A stretch of 64,000 nt of DNA. It comes from Balanoglossus misakiensis (Eukaryota > Animalia > Hemichordata). Positions 23,191-35,467 of the stretch are shown piece by piece. The stretch covers positions 19,701,028 to 19,765,027 of the forward strand of contig CM082576.2 in NCBI GenBank assembly GCA_040954595.2, read 5' to 3'. Every line of letters begins with the position of its first letter. Position 1 is the first letter of the stretch. Under the pieces are notes generated by a model. The model searched no databases. It was not told where the DNA came from and worked only from the letters and a program-made list of their open reading frames with translations. A program made the position numbers and the translations under genes.

Positions 23191-25815
23191 CAAATGTACA
23201 ACTGAAGAAAAAAGGAATCACAAATCTTAAAACTAAGATGCCGTTAAGAATTAAATTTCGCGAAAAGGAAGTGACGAAATACGTACATTTTCAGGTGCTC
23301 TACAACAAGTAGTCTCCCTATCATCCCTATTGGAGCATGCAGCTAAAATTTACCATGACGTCATTGATTCTACGCGAACGTTTTTCTAATGGCGATAAAC
23401 ATATTTTGTATAAATTGTGCTCAAACGCCCGTGAATCTCACTCGCAAAAATTCACAAGTGGCGCATACAACACTAGGAAGAAAATTGTTTAGCAGTCTAT
23501 AGAGTTTGTGACCTGAGATTTGGAAGTAAAAGTTAAACTTAAAAGTTGAGACAGAAGTGATTGAAGAGTAAAGAAACTTTTGAAGTGTTAAGAAAGTTAT
23601 CGCATTCCTGATGAAAAGAAAAGAAAATACAATACATTCATTGTTTTAAGGAACACAAGGAAGACAAGTACTATGCAATCAGAGTATGCATGGATCATTC
23701 ATCTAAAAATATATCTCCGCGTCTTTTGGCGGGTAAAAATAAAATGCTGGAACGGTCTTTTGGATGGCGGACTATTTGTGTCCTTCTTGTCCTCAGAACG
23801 CAAGTGGTCGAGTAGGTTTATTTCATTAAATTCTTATATTCTCAGTTGCTACCATAAATACCCAGTGTTCGTGTCGATGTATCTGGACGTCAGCACGATT
23901 CCATATATGTACCTCTCAGTATTAGCCAAGCGAGTTATCCCCATCGATAGAGTTTAATTCCCCGTTACATTCCCAACACCAATCCTCCCGCGTGACATTG
24001 AGGTTGAAGGTATACAAGCCTTAGGAATCATGCAACCATCCAGAAAGTGTAATAAATTTTGAAGCTATGATGTGAGTTTTCAGTTCGTTTCTTCTTTTGA
24101 TTTGTTGATGTAACATTGTGCGTGTTAAATAAAAGATAAAAAAATGTACAGCAATGACGTCACAAAATTCACTGGTATTGATAAAGCTATATTATAACCT
24201 ATATTATATGTGTTAAATACTACCGTATCTCATTATTGCAGTATTTCGTGCTTTAACACAAAATACGCGAATAGGGTTTAATACAAAACTAAATGACACA
24301 ATTTCTGTTTCTTTGCCAAAATTCTTAATCACAAGATCAACCCATCCTTACGCCTCTACTCTATTGCTAAGAGAAACCAGCGTCCGTAACATGCATTGTG
24401 AAACCCCTCAACAACATGCATGTCAACACTTCATTTTTCTCCAGCATTGTCAGTTTGGTACCCTGACAACTCACGGGGCATCATGGGACAATATTAAAGC
24501 TGATTCAGTGTTTATGTGCATAAAACACACGGCGGTGGAAACATTCGTTTTAAATTATTGTGGACGCGCGCACGCCCTTGTCTGTGTACAGGTACTTGAT
24601 GCTTGTCTACAGTCACGTGAAACGCTGTTGGTAGTACCCTAGAAGATAGATATCTTTAATCAGAACTTTGGTAAGGAAGGTTTGAGAAGTCCATTCTATG
24701 TAAAGAAAGTTTAAGAAGTGTGTTACCAAAGGGTGTGGGGGTGGCTGGGGGTCATCAATATATCACTCTGCATCACGTTCACAGAAAAGGTCGCGACACG
24801 CCCACAAATTCACTCACGACTTGCGTCACCGGTTACAGGAGTTCGTACAAAAGTGTGGTTTATGCACATTTACACTGAATCAGTTTTTTTGGCCCATGAT
24901 GCCCATGGGCCAATACATGCCACGATGCCTCCAGAATGATGATGGCAATGATGGTGATGATGATGATTGTGGTGGTGGTGGTGGTGGTGATTGAGCTTTA
25001 ATTTCCCTTTCTTCCTGTCTAACCACTTCCTCTCTCACCTTCACTTATTCGGTCTCTCCCCTCCCCTTCTGTCAAAGTCCTCCCCTCATTCCCTTTCCAT
25101 CCTGACATTCTCATTTCCGCCCTCTTGCTTTTCTTCTCCTTTCTCACATTCCTTTTCTCACCTCTCTCCCCCCCCCTCCGTAACATGTTATGTAATATAT
25201 AAAGTAAAAAAGTCCAAAGCATGATGTTATCACAGATGACATTTGGAATGTATTATTGTACTATCTGGTTTAATTTCAAACATAGTGGAGTTATTTATTG
25301 GCCAGTATTTAAGCATGTTTAAAGAAGTCAAACAGCATAATAGGCACATTTCATATCAAACAAAATTGACCAAATAAGCTCAAAAGAGGATTTGAACAAT
25401 TTGTCCCTTTAAGTAATGTTCAATATTGGATTTACACTTGTGATTGTATGTCATCTCCCTTTTGTTAGAAACCTCACAGTCATATAATAAACAGGTGACC
25501 TGACAATCATTTGAAATACCAAACTTCGGCAGCTATTCCAGTTTGGTCCAAAAACCTAATTTTAACTGGCACCTCAACTTTAGGACTATTATGGATGTTG
25601 CTGAAACTTGAAGTGGGCTGCTTGTGAAGAGGAAGACGTGGAGTGTCTCTCAGACAACGCTGCGCTCAGTCAGAGATAAAGTCAAAATATGGATTTGACT
25701 TGCAACAGTAATTTGTTAGTTAAGTCAAATTCAACTTAAATCTGTCTCTTTGGGTCAGTCTTAACGGGTGTAGCATGCTGGAAGGGTGTGCTTACCCATT
25801 TCCGACACCTAGTAC

Positions 25816-26265
25816 CACAGGGGGCTGCAAACATGAAAGTTATAAATGGCGAAGTACGTTCCATTCTGCGTTTTCCCAACCTGTCTTATCATTTGCTAAT
25901 CCAGAATAAAAGCTATCCATTTCCCATTAATCACCTGCTAACGACTTAATCTGTGTGCCCCATCCACGGATTAAGTTAATAAAGTAAACATCGGTCAGCG
26001 AGTACTGGGTATTCTCTTACCAAGTGAGAACTGACCGATGTTTACTTAATCCACTAAATCCGTGGATGGGGCACACAGATTAAGTCGTTAGCAGGTGCTT
26101 AATGGGAAATGCAATAGTTTGTATTCTGGATTAGCAACTGCTAAGACAGGTGGAGGTAACACAGAAAAATAAACAAGCACAAAGACTGTTCATCAATTAA
26201 TGTTTATTGGGGGAAAATGCAGGAACTCCGCCATTTATAACTTTCATGTTTGCAGCCCCCCTGTG
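25816..26265. mobile_element. Foldback MITE (near-perfect 450-bp hairpin, CAC...GTG ends)
   Basis: cacagggggctgcaaacatgaaagttataaatggcg versus cgccatttataactttcatgtttgcagcccccctgtg. Inner arms cacctgctaacgacttaatctgtgtgccccatccacgga are also inverted. Confidence 0.85.
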
Positions 26266-29200
26266 CGAGTACTACCACTTAGCAGTGGTTCAAGATGATC
26301 CTGTTGAAATTGTAAGTTTTTCTCTTATTTCTTTTTTGAACCTGGACCTGGTAATTAGCTTAGCCTGAGTAATATTGATTATTGGACCTGGTTTGATGTC
26401 TTATTATAACAACTACAGAAGAATCTCTGGACACAGTGAAATACAATCCAGGGTTATGGTAATGACTGACAAATTGTCAGTTTAAAAAAGTAGACAAAGA
26501 ACTCAGTTAAATATTATAATAAAAATATGCTTTTAATATAAGGAAAAGGTACAATTGATATACTTGTAATTAAAACATAAATATAATGATGAAATTCTTC
26601 AACTGTTCTGAAGTTGCACCAGTATTTGTATAAGCTAAAAATGTTGACTTCTGGCAGGACAACTCAAACAGATATTAAACTTATTTATAGTACTTCCACT
26701 TCATGACTTTGTTCAAAAATTTCCCAAACTTATTTCATTGTTGATGAGTTGTCACCTCCGAACAACACAAAAAGGAACAGTTTGTATAAAAAAGTAATTT
26801 TGCATGAATCTTAAACATACATGCACAAGTTGAGTGAATAACACAATATAATCATATTCTACAATGAATTACAATATCAAGATTAAGGGTTTCACATATG
26901 ACATTACATTGCTACATTTTATATACATGAATTTAATTTGAAAAATTTCCATTGATCTATAACACCATGAATAATATAAAAATATGCGAATAAATACTTT
27001 GAATTATTATATATACATGTCAGGTCTCAAAGTGAGTAACTATATTTCCATTCACCTATGAACTGGTTATTAACCAAATGAAATGATAGGATCTTTTATT
27101 TTGAGGATCTTATAATTGTGATCATACACATCCATATTCCAAAATTCGCATGCCAAACAAATATCAGATTTATACGGCCAGTTGTAAAGACAGTACAAGG
27201 GGCAAAAAAATTGATAATAGTTAATCATCATCTCCCTTCTTTTACAGTCTTGGAGAATGGTGACGGTTGAAGTCAAATTAAAGAAAAATATCAAGAAAAA
27301 TATCAAAATTTGAAGCACTAATTCAGGAGGATATATATCATCGGGAGGTAGTCACTGAATATATTGAGAGAAATAATTCATAATCTATGCATTTGGATGA
27401 AAAGACCTTCTACCTGATCAAGTTAAGGATAAATGCTGCCTTGTATGAATACAGAAGCAAGTCAGCATGCAAAGGGAGAGCTGAATTGGTACACTGTTAA
27501 ATTTGTCCTCCAAATTCAACAAAAATATGTTGTTGTTTAGGAATTCTCGTATTATCATATCTTTATCATTACACAATACCTTATAATAAGTCATAACAAA
27601 TTTTTAAGGAAAATTCTTTAAAATATGTAAAATATATAGCCTTATAACCAACATACTTTAAAGATGATTATTTATGATCATTTCATTCAGATGTTGCTAA
27701 GAGTGTAATAATAAAGATCTGTTTCACTCCAACCAATTTAATGTGCGCTTATCACAGTACTGTCGTCTGACAAAGCATAACTATTATTGTTATCATTTAT
27801 GGGATTATACCAAGCTTATCACAGTACTGTGTCAACTCACAAAATGAAAACCATTCTAGTTATCATTTGAATTATACCATACATGTACACACAGAGATGG
27901 CACATTAGAAGTATCTGTCTCCGTGACTCTCATGAAATAGTTCATTTCTACTCTTAAGAGGCCTTGGTCTCCATTCCTCACTTCCACTGGCACTACCACT
28001 GTCGCCACTATACATGGGATTGTAGTGATAGATTTCTCTGAAGGCTTCCTCATCTTCCACACTTTTCCCTGCCTTGCTATCAACATCATCTGTATCATCA
28101 AACCAATGGATATCCATAGTTGCCTCTTGTTCTTCCCAGCCTGGATGTTTCTTTCCTCCAAGAGCACACCTGAATGTCAAATAGTTGAACATCATCAATG
28201 TGGGATTTGTTGTGATGTTGTTACTACTGTAGAATAACGCAGGTGGTTGTTGGACACTTTGCGGTCTGGTCGCGTGACTTTGCCTTGTTAGCCGCCATGC
28301 ATGTTGAACGCAAATTATACCATGATGCCCTGCAGTTACCCTATACGCTAATAGGTCTATGCATGAACTCTTTGAATAAATTTGCTTCCACGATACAGAT
28401 GAGATTATTTTTCACGTTGCCTCATGCATGTATGGAAAGATACAGGTAAATTCCCAGTTTTCTGATGGGCAACATTTCTACAGCTGTCTCGATTCTACTC
28501 TGGTAGTACTAAATAACTTACCGTTGGTACATGAGTAACATTATTACACCAAGCACTAACACAGCCGCTAAACCTCCCGCAACACCACCAATGATGACAG
28601 CTGGAGGAATCTGTAAGAGTTTAAATATTTCTATTTGTCACGGGGGCGATATGCTACGATAAAAGCAAGAAAACCATTCATTATGATGCTTAACTATTGT
28701 AAAATGGTTAGTTGACCAAAAATCTAGTTATACTGCAGATGTTGCAGTTTCACCATTTTCACAAATATTTTCAAGACAACGTAAACTGTAATCATGTAGA
28801 TCAAACAAATGTGTAAACTTTAGTGAATATTGTTTTTCAATCTTGAGTTATTAAAAGACAAAGAAATGTATACACACCTTTAACTTGCATTGGTATTCTC
28901 TGGCGGCAAGTTTCACCTTGATATTCATCAGTACATTCACAAACAGGATTGCCATCACTGTCCTTGATGCAAACAGCATTGTTTGAGCAGAACCCTTCAC
29001 ATTTATCTAGACACAAGAATAAAATCACATCACATTATTCTACCTGACGAACCATTTGTATTAGACAAGAACTAAACCCACTTGCAGATTCATTTCTTAC
29101 AAACGGAATGGAAGTTGTGTGCTGTCGAACGTTGATTCACTATATATCCACATGTACCGGGTGAATAACATAAACAGTGTCTTGTATCAAACATAATTAA

Positions 29201-29502
29201 TGGAAAAAGGGCAGCAAGAGAGATACTAAATCAACAGTAGTGTCTACGTTTTAGCTGTACATATTTCTGTTGACATTTCAGTTGTAGATAGTTACATACC
29301 TGTACAAGTTATTCCATCACCAGTGAAACCAGTTTTGCAAGTGCATTCATATCCTGGTACAAGATTCCTGCAAGTGGCATTTGGGTGACAGTCATCCAGA
29401 CCAAGACGACATTCATGTGCATCTAGAAAACAAAAATTCTTGCAATGTCTTTAACTGACCACCAAATAAAACTATGGGATCTTCATACATATCACCAGTT
29501 AA

Positions 29503-29685
29503 AGGTATACGGTCACCTATGGAAAATTAGCTATAGTTACCATGGCAAAAGGAGATCTAGCCAATCACAGATTTTCAGTGGGTGGCACATGCAAAAAAGA
29601 GCGCCACCATATGTTCTTTAGAACTCTCATATACTCCATTTCAGCCATATATGGGCGTTTGTAAATTGGAGGTGACTGTATACCT
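29503..29685. mobile_element. Kolobok-like MITE with TTAA TSD
   Basis: ttaa-AGGTATACGGTCACC ... GGTGACTGTATACCT-ttaa. Confidence 0.75.
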
Positions 29686-32097
29686 TTAAGTTAGATGACT
29701 ACCCAGATGCAGTGCATGGTTATCACATTCCATAGCCTAACATGTAGAATTATGAGAAAACAGTATTACAATATTGTTATTTCCGTGAAATTTTCAGAAA
29801 AGGTGTTAAAAGAGGAGCATTATTAAATTATATAAAAATATTGGATCACACAACATATCAAATGATACTCTAAATAAAGAAGAAAATTTCTTATAATGAA
29901 GTGTTTGTGTCAGATTGAACAGTTAAGGTTGATCTCCACAAGCACTTCATGCATGTTATCAGTTCTATGATTATGAAAAATTTATTCCTACCATCACATT
30001 CTGTTTCATATAGGGCACCCTCTCTGCCTGTAGTGTAGCCAGTTGGGCATGGTTGACAAGCATCCTGGTTGAATTCAAAGTTATATGTTCCAACAGGGCA
30101 TTTCTCACATCTATAGGACTCCTGATTCAAGTACCAACCAACATTGCAGTAAGCTGTTGATGGAATGGAAAAAGAGCATAGAATAAAATTGGAGGACTAT
30201 CATTATTCTGAACAACTGAGGCACAATAATACAACCTTCAGTTCAGTACAGTTGAGATACAACATGAAAAGTTGTATACATAATACTTACAAACATTACA
30301 ATCTTCACTTAAGGTTGAACCGACTGTTCTTGTGGTGAAGCCAAATGGGCACGGCATACAAGATGGCTGAAGTTCAGCATTTGATTGATAGGTTCCCATG
30401 GGACACGACTCACAAGACCCATTGACACTAAGTTGGACTCCCACTGATTTACATACCTCTGTAATTGAGAAGATTAATTTTTTGATATTCACGATTATCT
30501 GCTTTTCACTCACGTGAATTTGTTAAACTGTTGAATATGTTACATATCTGGCGGTTCTAAAGTAAAAACCTACTCGGAAAAAAGTTTACTGGATGCCGAA
30601 ATATTGCTTGCCTGTCACTTACAAATGATAACGCCATGGGTACGTCACATGGCCAGATCATGTGATTGATAGTCAAGAATAGCAAATAACACAAGTACCT
30701 ACCCTGACATTGTGACTCATCAGTAGCTCCTTCAACTAATGTAAGCATTCCCTTTGGGCAAGTATTACACACAAACTTTCCTTCTTCTGATTGCCAGAAT
30801 CCAATGGGGCAGCTTTGGCACTGAGAAGTCCCGTTGTCAAAGTAGTGACTAACATCGCACCTCTCTGCAATAGACATCATTGTTGAAAAATTATTTTTTC
30901 AACCAAAGAGATGAACATTCCAATTGTCATTCTTTCCATATTGGATCACACCACAATAATTTGATATATACGTCACAATTCCCGGCAAGGGGTATGGGGT
31001 TTTATCGGGCCAGTGGCATGAGTGAGGCTAGACGCTAGTTTTGGAAGCAAAGCGGACAAAATACGGCTAGATACTAGGCTATGGCTGTGGACGAGGAGGA
31101 GATATTGCCTTCTGTTATACATACCAAAACACTGCAAGATGGATAATGATCTCTTTCCCCTGGTGACTCCATTATTTGGACAGGCATTGCATGCTGTTTG
31201 TCCTTCAAGGGGTTGATAATATCCAATTGCACAAGGATGGCACTGACTCAGCTCAGTGTCATGGTACGACCCTTCAGGACACAATACTGTGGAAATACAA
31301 AATGTTGAAGGCAGATGTATACATTGTTCATGTACTGATCATTATGCATTAATGGTTTAAAACACAACTACAATTGTAACACACAGCATTCATTTTGGCC
31401 AGTTTTTCACTCTTGTGTCTACAAGTGGGATTGCAGTTGTGTGTGGTTGAATGTTGATTCACTATATATCCACATGTAGAATAACATTAACTGTGTCTTC
31501 TATCAAACATAATTAATGGAAAAAGGGCAGCGAGAAAGAGACTTTGTCCCTCCTTGGTATGAGCATATCAAATCAATTATTTCCTTATATCACCTCTTGG
31601 TTGGGTTGTATTTACCACTCACACTTGTCTTTAATTTGTACACTGCGACTCACAACCACACTCGCAGCAATACGCCCCACCTAACAGGTCATATCAGGCG
31701 ATATAAACATATTAACATCTACACCTTTTTATAATATTAATTTTGGACACAGTTTTAATCCTTTCACCACCATGGTTCAGTCCAAACCAATTGTTTTCTA
31801 TTGTAAGGTTTGACCTCTATAGAGGAAACTGGGAGTGAAAGGGTTAAAGTACATAACAACTGAGGAGTATAGGCACTCACCACATTCTTCTCCAACAAGA
31901 ACACTACCATTGGAACAGAATATTGTACTTTCAACTTGTAATGTCTCAGCGTCGACCGAATATTCAGCTGTATCAAAAGGACCATTCTTGACTGCATCTT
32001 CAATAACTACAGCTGCAGCATCAGCAGAGCTAATGGATAAAACAACAGGCAAAAAATTCTTACATATGCCACATTACAATACCAACCAGAAGTGTGT

Positions 32098-32308
32098 ACT
32101 GTAAACTGAGTTGTTTTCACGACAGGAAATTTTCGCGATATTAAAAGAGGCGACTGTTACGTGAGGACGAATTTTCGAGTTCTCGTATTTCACTAACTGC
32201 ATCATTATCTCCAAAAACATTTTACACAACTTTTTATTTTAACGTTTTTTTGACCAGCACATGTTTTGCAGAAATTTACTGCTCGCGAAAATAACACGTT
32301 TTGCAGTA
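32098..32308. mobile_element. Tc1/mariner-type MITE (TA-CTGTAAA...TTTGCAG-TA)
   Basis: Degenerate TIRs and internal ttttcgcg / cgcgaaaa motifs. Same family style as 41996-42189. Confidence 0.55.
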
Positions 32309-32323
32309 TATTTCGAATGCATG

Positions 32324-32511
32324 TGTAATGTCCCCGACTATGAATCAAATAGACTTATTCACCGTTGTATGGCTTCTAACATCTCGCCATGTTAACTTTA
32401 TTAACAACAACACAACTACTGCGCATGGGCAGGTAACGTACCGCGCATGGCATGTACAGAATGCAGCTGGCCATACTGAAAGTATATTTTGTTATATGTC
32501 TGGATATTACA
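32324..32511 (-). repeat. 3' LTR (188 bp)
   Basis: tgtaatgtccccgac...ctggatattaca, matching 39970-40157. Confidence 0.97.
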
Positions 32512-32899
32512 TTTCTCCTTTTCTTTTGAGATAGCAGAGTTGTTTCAATTTCTCTTGAAGATTGTCATTTCGTACTGAGTCTCATTTTTCTTGTGGTTCA
32601 CGGTCAGTGTTCCTGTTTGCGGTTTGATCATGAATATAATGTATGTTTTCAACAATCCTTGTGTTTCCAAATTTCTAAATATAAATTGGCCTTGATAGCT
32701 GCTCAACAAATAACATTAATTTCAATTTCAAAAATATCAAATTGAATAAAGATATGTCCATCGGTATAAATGTTCCTGTCTTTTTTTTTTCATGGAATTT
32801 TCACTTTCAATACGAATTCGAAATAGAATAAAATATGGAACAATAAACTCGAACATTGTTTTTGTCATTGTCAGTTTTCCATAGCCTAGCTATCGCCTG

Positions 32900-35300
32900 C
32901 TATTCATAGTCTTCCAGGTAAGTCGGACGGCGTCTTTCTCTCTGCGGACGGAGTCTCCTTTCCGGTGATTTTGTTGGTGTTGGGTTTGGTTTTCGCGGAC
33001 TATCACAAACTGTTTCCATCCCCTGTTGCTGGTTAGGTGGGTTTACATCTTCCTCATCATGGTTGGTATTAAGGAGTAGATTTTCTCGCCAGTCCCTCGC
33101 ATTTCGTTTTCCGGTTGCATCATATATGAACATTTCCTCCTCAAGATCTTGTACTACTGCGTTCACAAGTTTGAACTTGCTCGCATCACGATATACTTCC
33201 CTTCCATCTGTTATACGTCTCGCTGCAATGCTTGAACCATCAATTCTGTATACTCTGTAGAATGTTGGCTCATATGCGGTTGACCATTTGTTTCTTTTCT
33301 GTTGTTTCAGTAGAACATAGTCTCCCACGATGAAATTGTGTGGCTTCACATTTCTCTTTTCTGTTGCTCGTCTGATCTTCTCTTTGTATTCTCTGTCTCT
33401 CTCATCGATTGCATCATCTTTCATTGTCTTCTGGTCATCTCTTGTGTGGTGGTCTAGTTTGGTTCTGACCTGTCTGTTCATCATTGCTTCATACGGTGCT
33501 GTATTTGTAGCTGGGTGCGGTGATGAACGGTATCCTGTCAGCATATCTTGAATGGCTATTTCTCTGTCCTTGCCTTCCAAGTGTGCGATTCTCTCAGTTT
33601 TATTCAGCATCTTCATGAAATTTTCAGCTTCTCCATTGGCTCTCGCATGTTCTGGTGTTACGTTATGGTGGTGAAATCCCTCTTCCTTTGCGAAGTTGGT
33701 GAATTCTTCTGAATCAAAGGGTGGGCCATTGTCACTCTCCAACTGTCTGGGTGTGCCATGTGTAGCGAACATTTTCTTGAGTTTTCTCTTTGTGGGTTTC
33801 GCTGCTGTTGAATATACAGTTTCAACTTCTGGGTATCTTGTTCTCTTGTCGATGGCTACCAGGTTGTAGTGTCCATCAGGATATGGTCCTCCAAAGTCCA
33901 CTGATATTACTTCCCATGGTTTCTCTGGTATTGGTGTCATCTTGACAGGTTCTTGTTTGTGTTGCTTCGTCGTTACTTGACATTCGAAGCATTGACCTAT
34001 CATCTGCTCGACGTAGCTGTTCATCATCGGAAACCAATATTTCTCTCGCAACATCTGCTTGGTCTTCGTCATGCCCAAATGACCTAGCTTGTGTGCTGAT
34101 TTGATGACTTTTCTCTGCAGACTGCGTGGAATCACGATGCGGTTGATTCTGAGTATCAGGTCGTCTACCATGCTCAGCTATTGTCTTACTGTGTAAAACG
34201 GGTTGATGTCTGGGTCTTTCTTGTGCTTCTCCCAGTTGCCTCTTCGTATGACTCTGCTCAGTTTCTGTAGTTGACTGTCTTTCTTCGTTTCTTCTTTGAT
34301 ACGGTCTAGCACAACAGCATATTCTGTTTCTATCACTTTCTTGATTGTTTTCTCTGTACCATCTCTTCCTGTTTCAGGTAGTGGGTGTCTGGACAAGAAA
34401 TCCAGTGGGTCAGCAGCATCTTTGCCTGGCTCATAGAGTAGCTCATAATCGACATCTTGCATTTCCATTACCCATTTCTCTATCCTGGGTGGTAGTTTCA
34501 TGGTAGCTTTGTTGAACATTGGGATGAGCGGTTTATGTGCTGTGATGATTCTGAATCTGGGTGCTCCCAACAGATATATGCGGAATCTGTTCTTCGCCCA
34601 TTTCACTGCTAAAGCATCTTTCTCAGTCTGGCTGTATCTTTTCTCAGCGCTTGTCAAAGTGCGACTGATGAAGTGAACTGGTCTCAGGCCTTTCTCACTC
34701 TGCTGGAAAAGTCCTGCTGACAGTCCTTCATGGTAACTAGCTTCTACTCTTACTGTGATGGGTTTCGATGGGTTGAAGTAAGCCATAGTATCTTCATTTG
34801 TGATACTGTCTTTGAGGTTCTGGAAAGCTGCGTTTTCCTTCTGTCCCCATCTGAAATGGACATCTTTGTGAGTAAGCTCTCTCAGGGGTGCTGTCAGTGA
34901 TGTGTACCGTGGTATGAACTTCGAGAGATATCCGATCATTCCCAGGAAGCTTCTCACTGCCTCCTTGGATTTTGGTGCTTTGCATTCTTTCACAGCTCGG
35001 ACTTTCTCTGGTGTTGGCTTGGTTTGTCTGTATTGTCTCACTTTTGCGACACTTCTCTCACCTGACTGTTTCATATCACGCATTTGTAGTGAGGTGTCCT
35101 CCATTTGCGCTGCTTCAGTCAGTAACTGAGTAAGAGACCATTTCTTGTTTATTGCTTTCTGTATCAGGGTGCAATTGTCAATTGTCTGGATGATATGTTC
35201 CAGAATTCTCTCTTCACAACTCGTGCCGAATTCACACTCGTTGGCTTTTTCTCTCAATCTGGCTGCGTATGCGACAGTGCTTTCATTTGTTGTCGGAGTC
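32900..35300 (-). pseudogene. Duplicated gag fragment fused to RT-thumb/RNase H/integrase, with a premature stop at 34178
   Basis: 35300-35020 copies gag 39440-39160, then jumps at a cttg microhomology to pol ~37590. Offset from the full copy is 2568 bp. GAG>TAG after YTVRQ. Confidence 0.92.
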
Positions 35301-35467
35301 AATATCAAATTGAATAAAGGTATGTCCATCGGTATAAATGTTCCTGTCTTTTTTTTTTCATGCAATTTTCACTTTCAATACGAATTCGAAATAGAATAAA
35401 ATATGGAACAATAAACTCGAACATTGTTTTTGTCATTGTCAGTTTTCCATAGCCTAGCTATCGCCTG

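Noticed and set aside
23190-24200. Possible decayed coding or transposon fragment
   Set aside because: CpG-rich and repeat-like, but I could not support any motif, TIR or TSD.
29105-31540. Duplicated ~110-bp segment at ~29110 and ~31435 as a conserved regulatory element
   Set aside because: More simply two diverged copies of an interspersed repeat in introns. There is no evidence of function.
34178-35365. Independent 395-aa gene
   Set aside because: Fusion of 3' UTR, gag and pol pieces created by the internal duplication.
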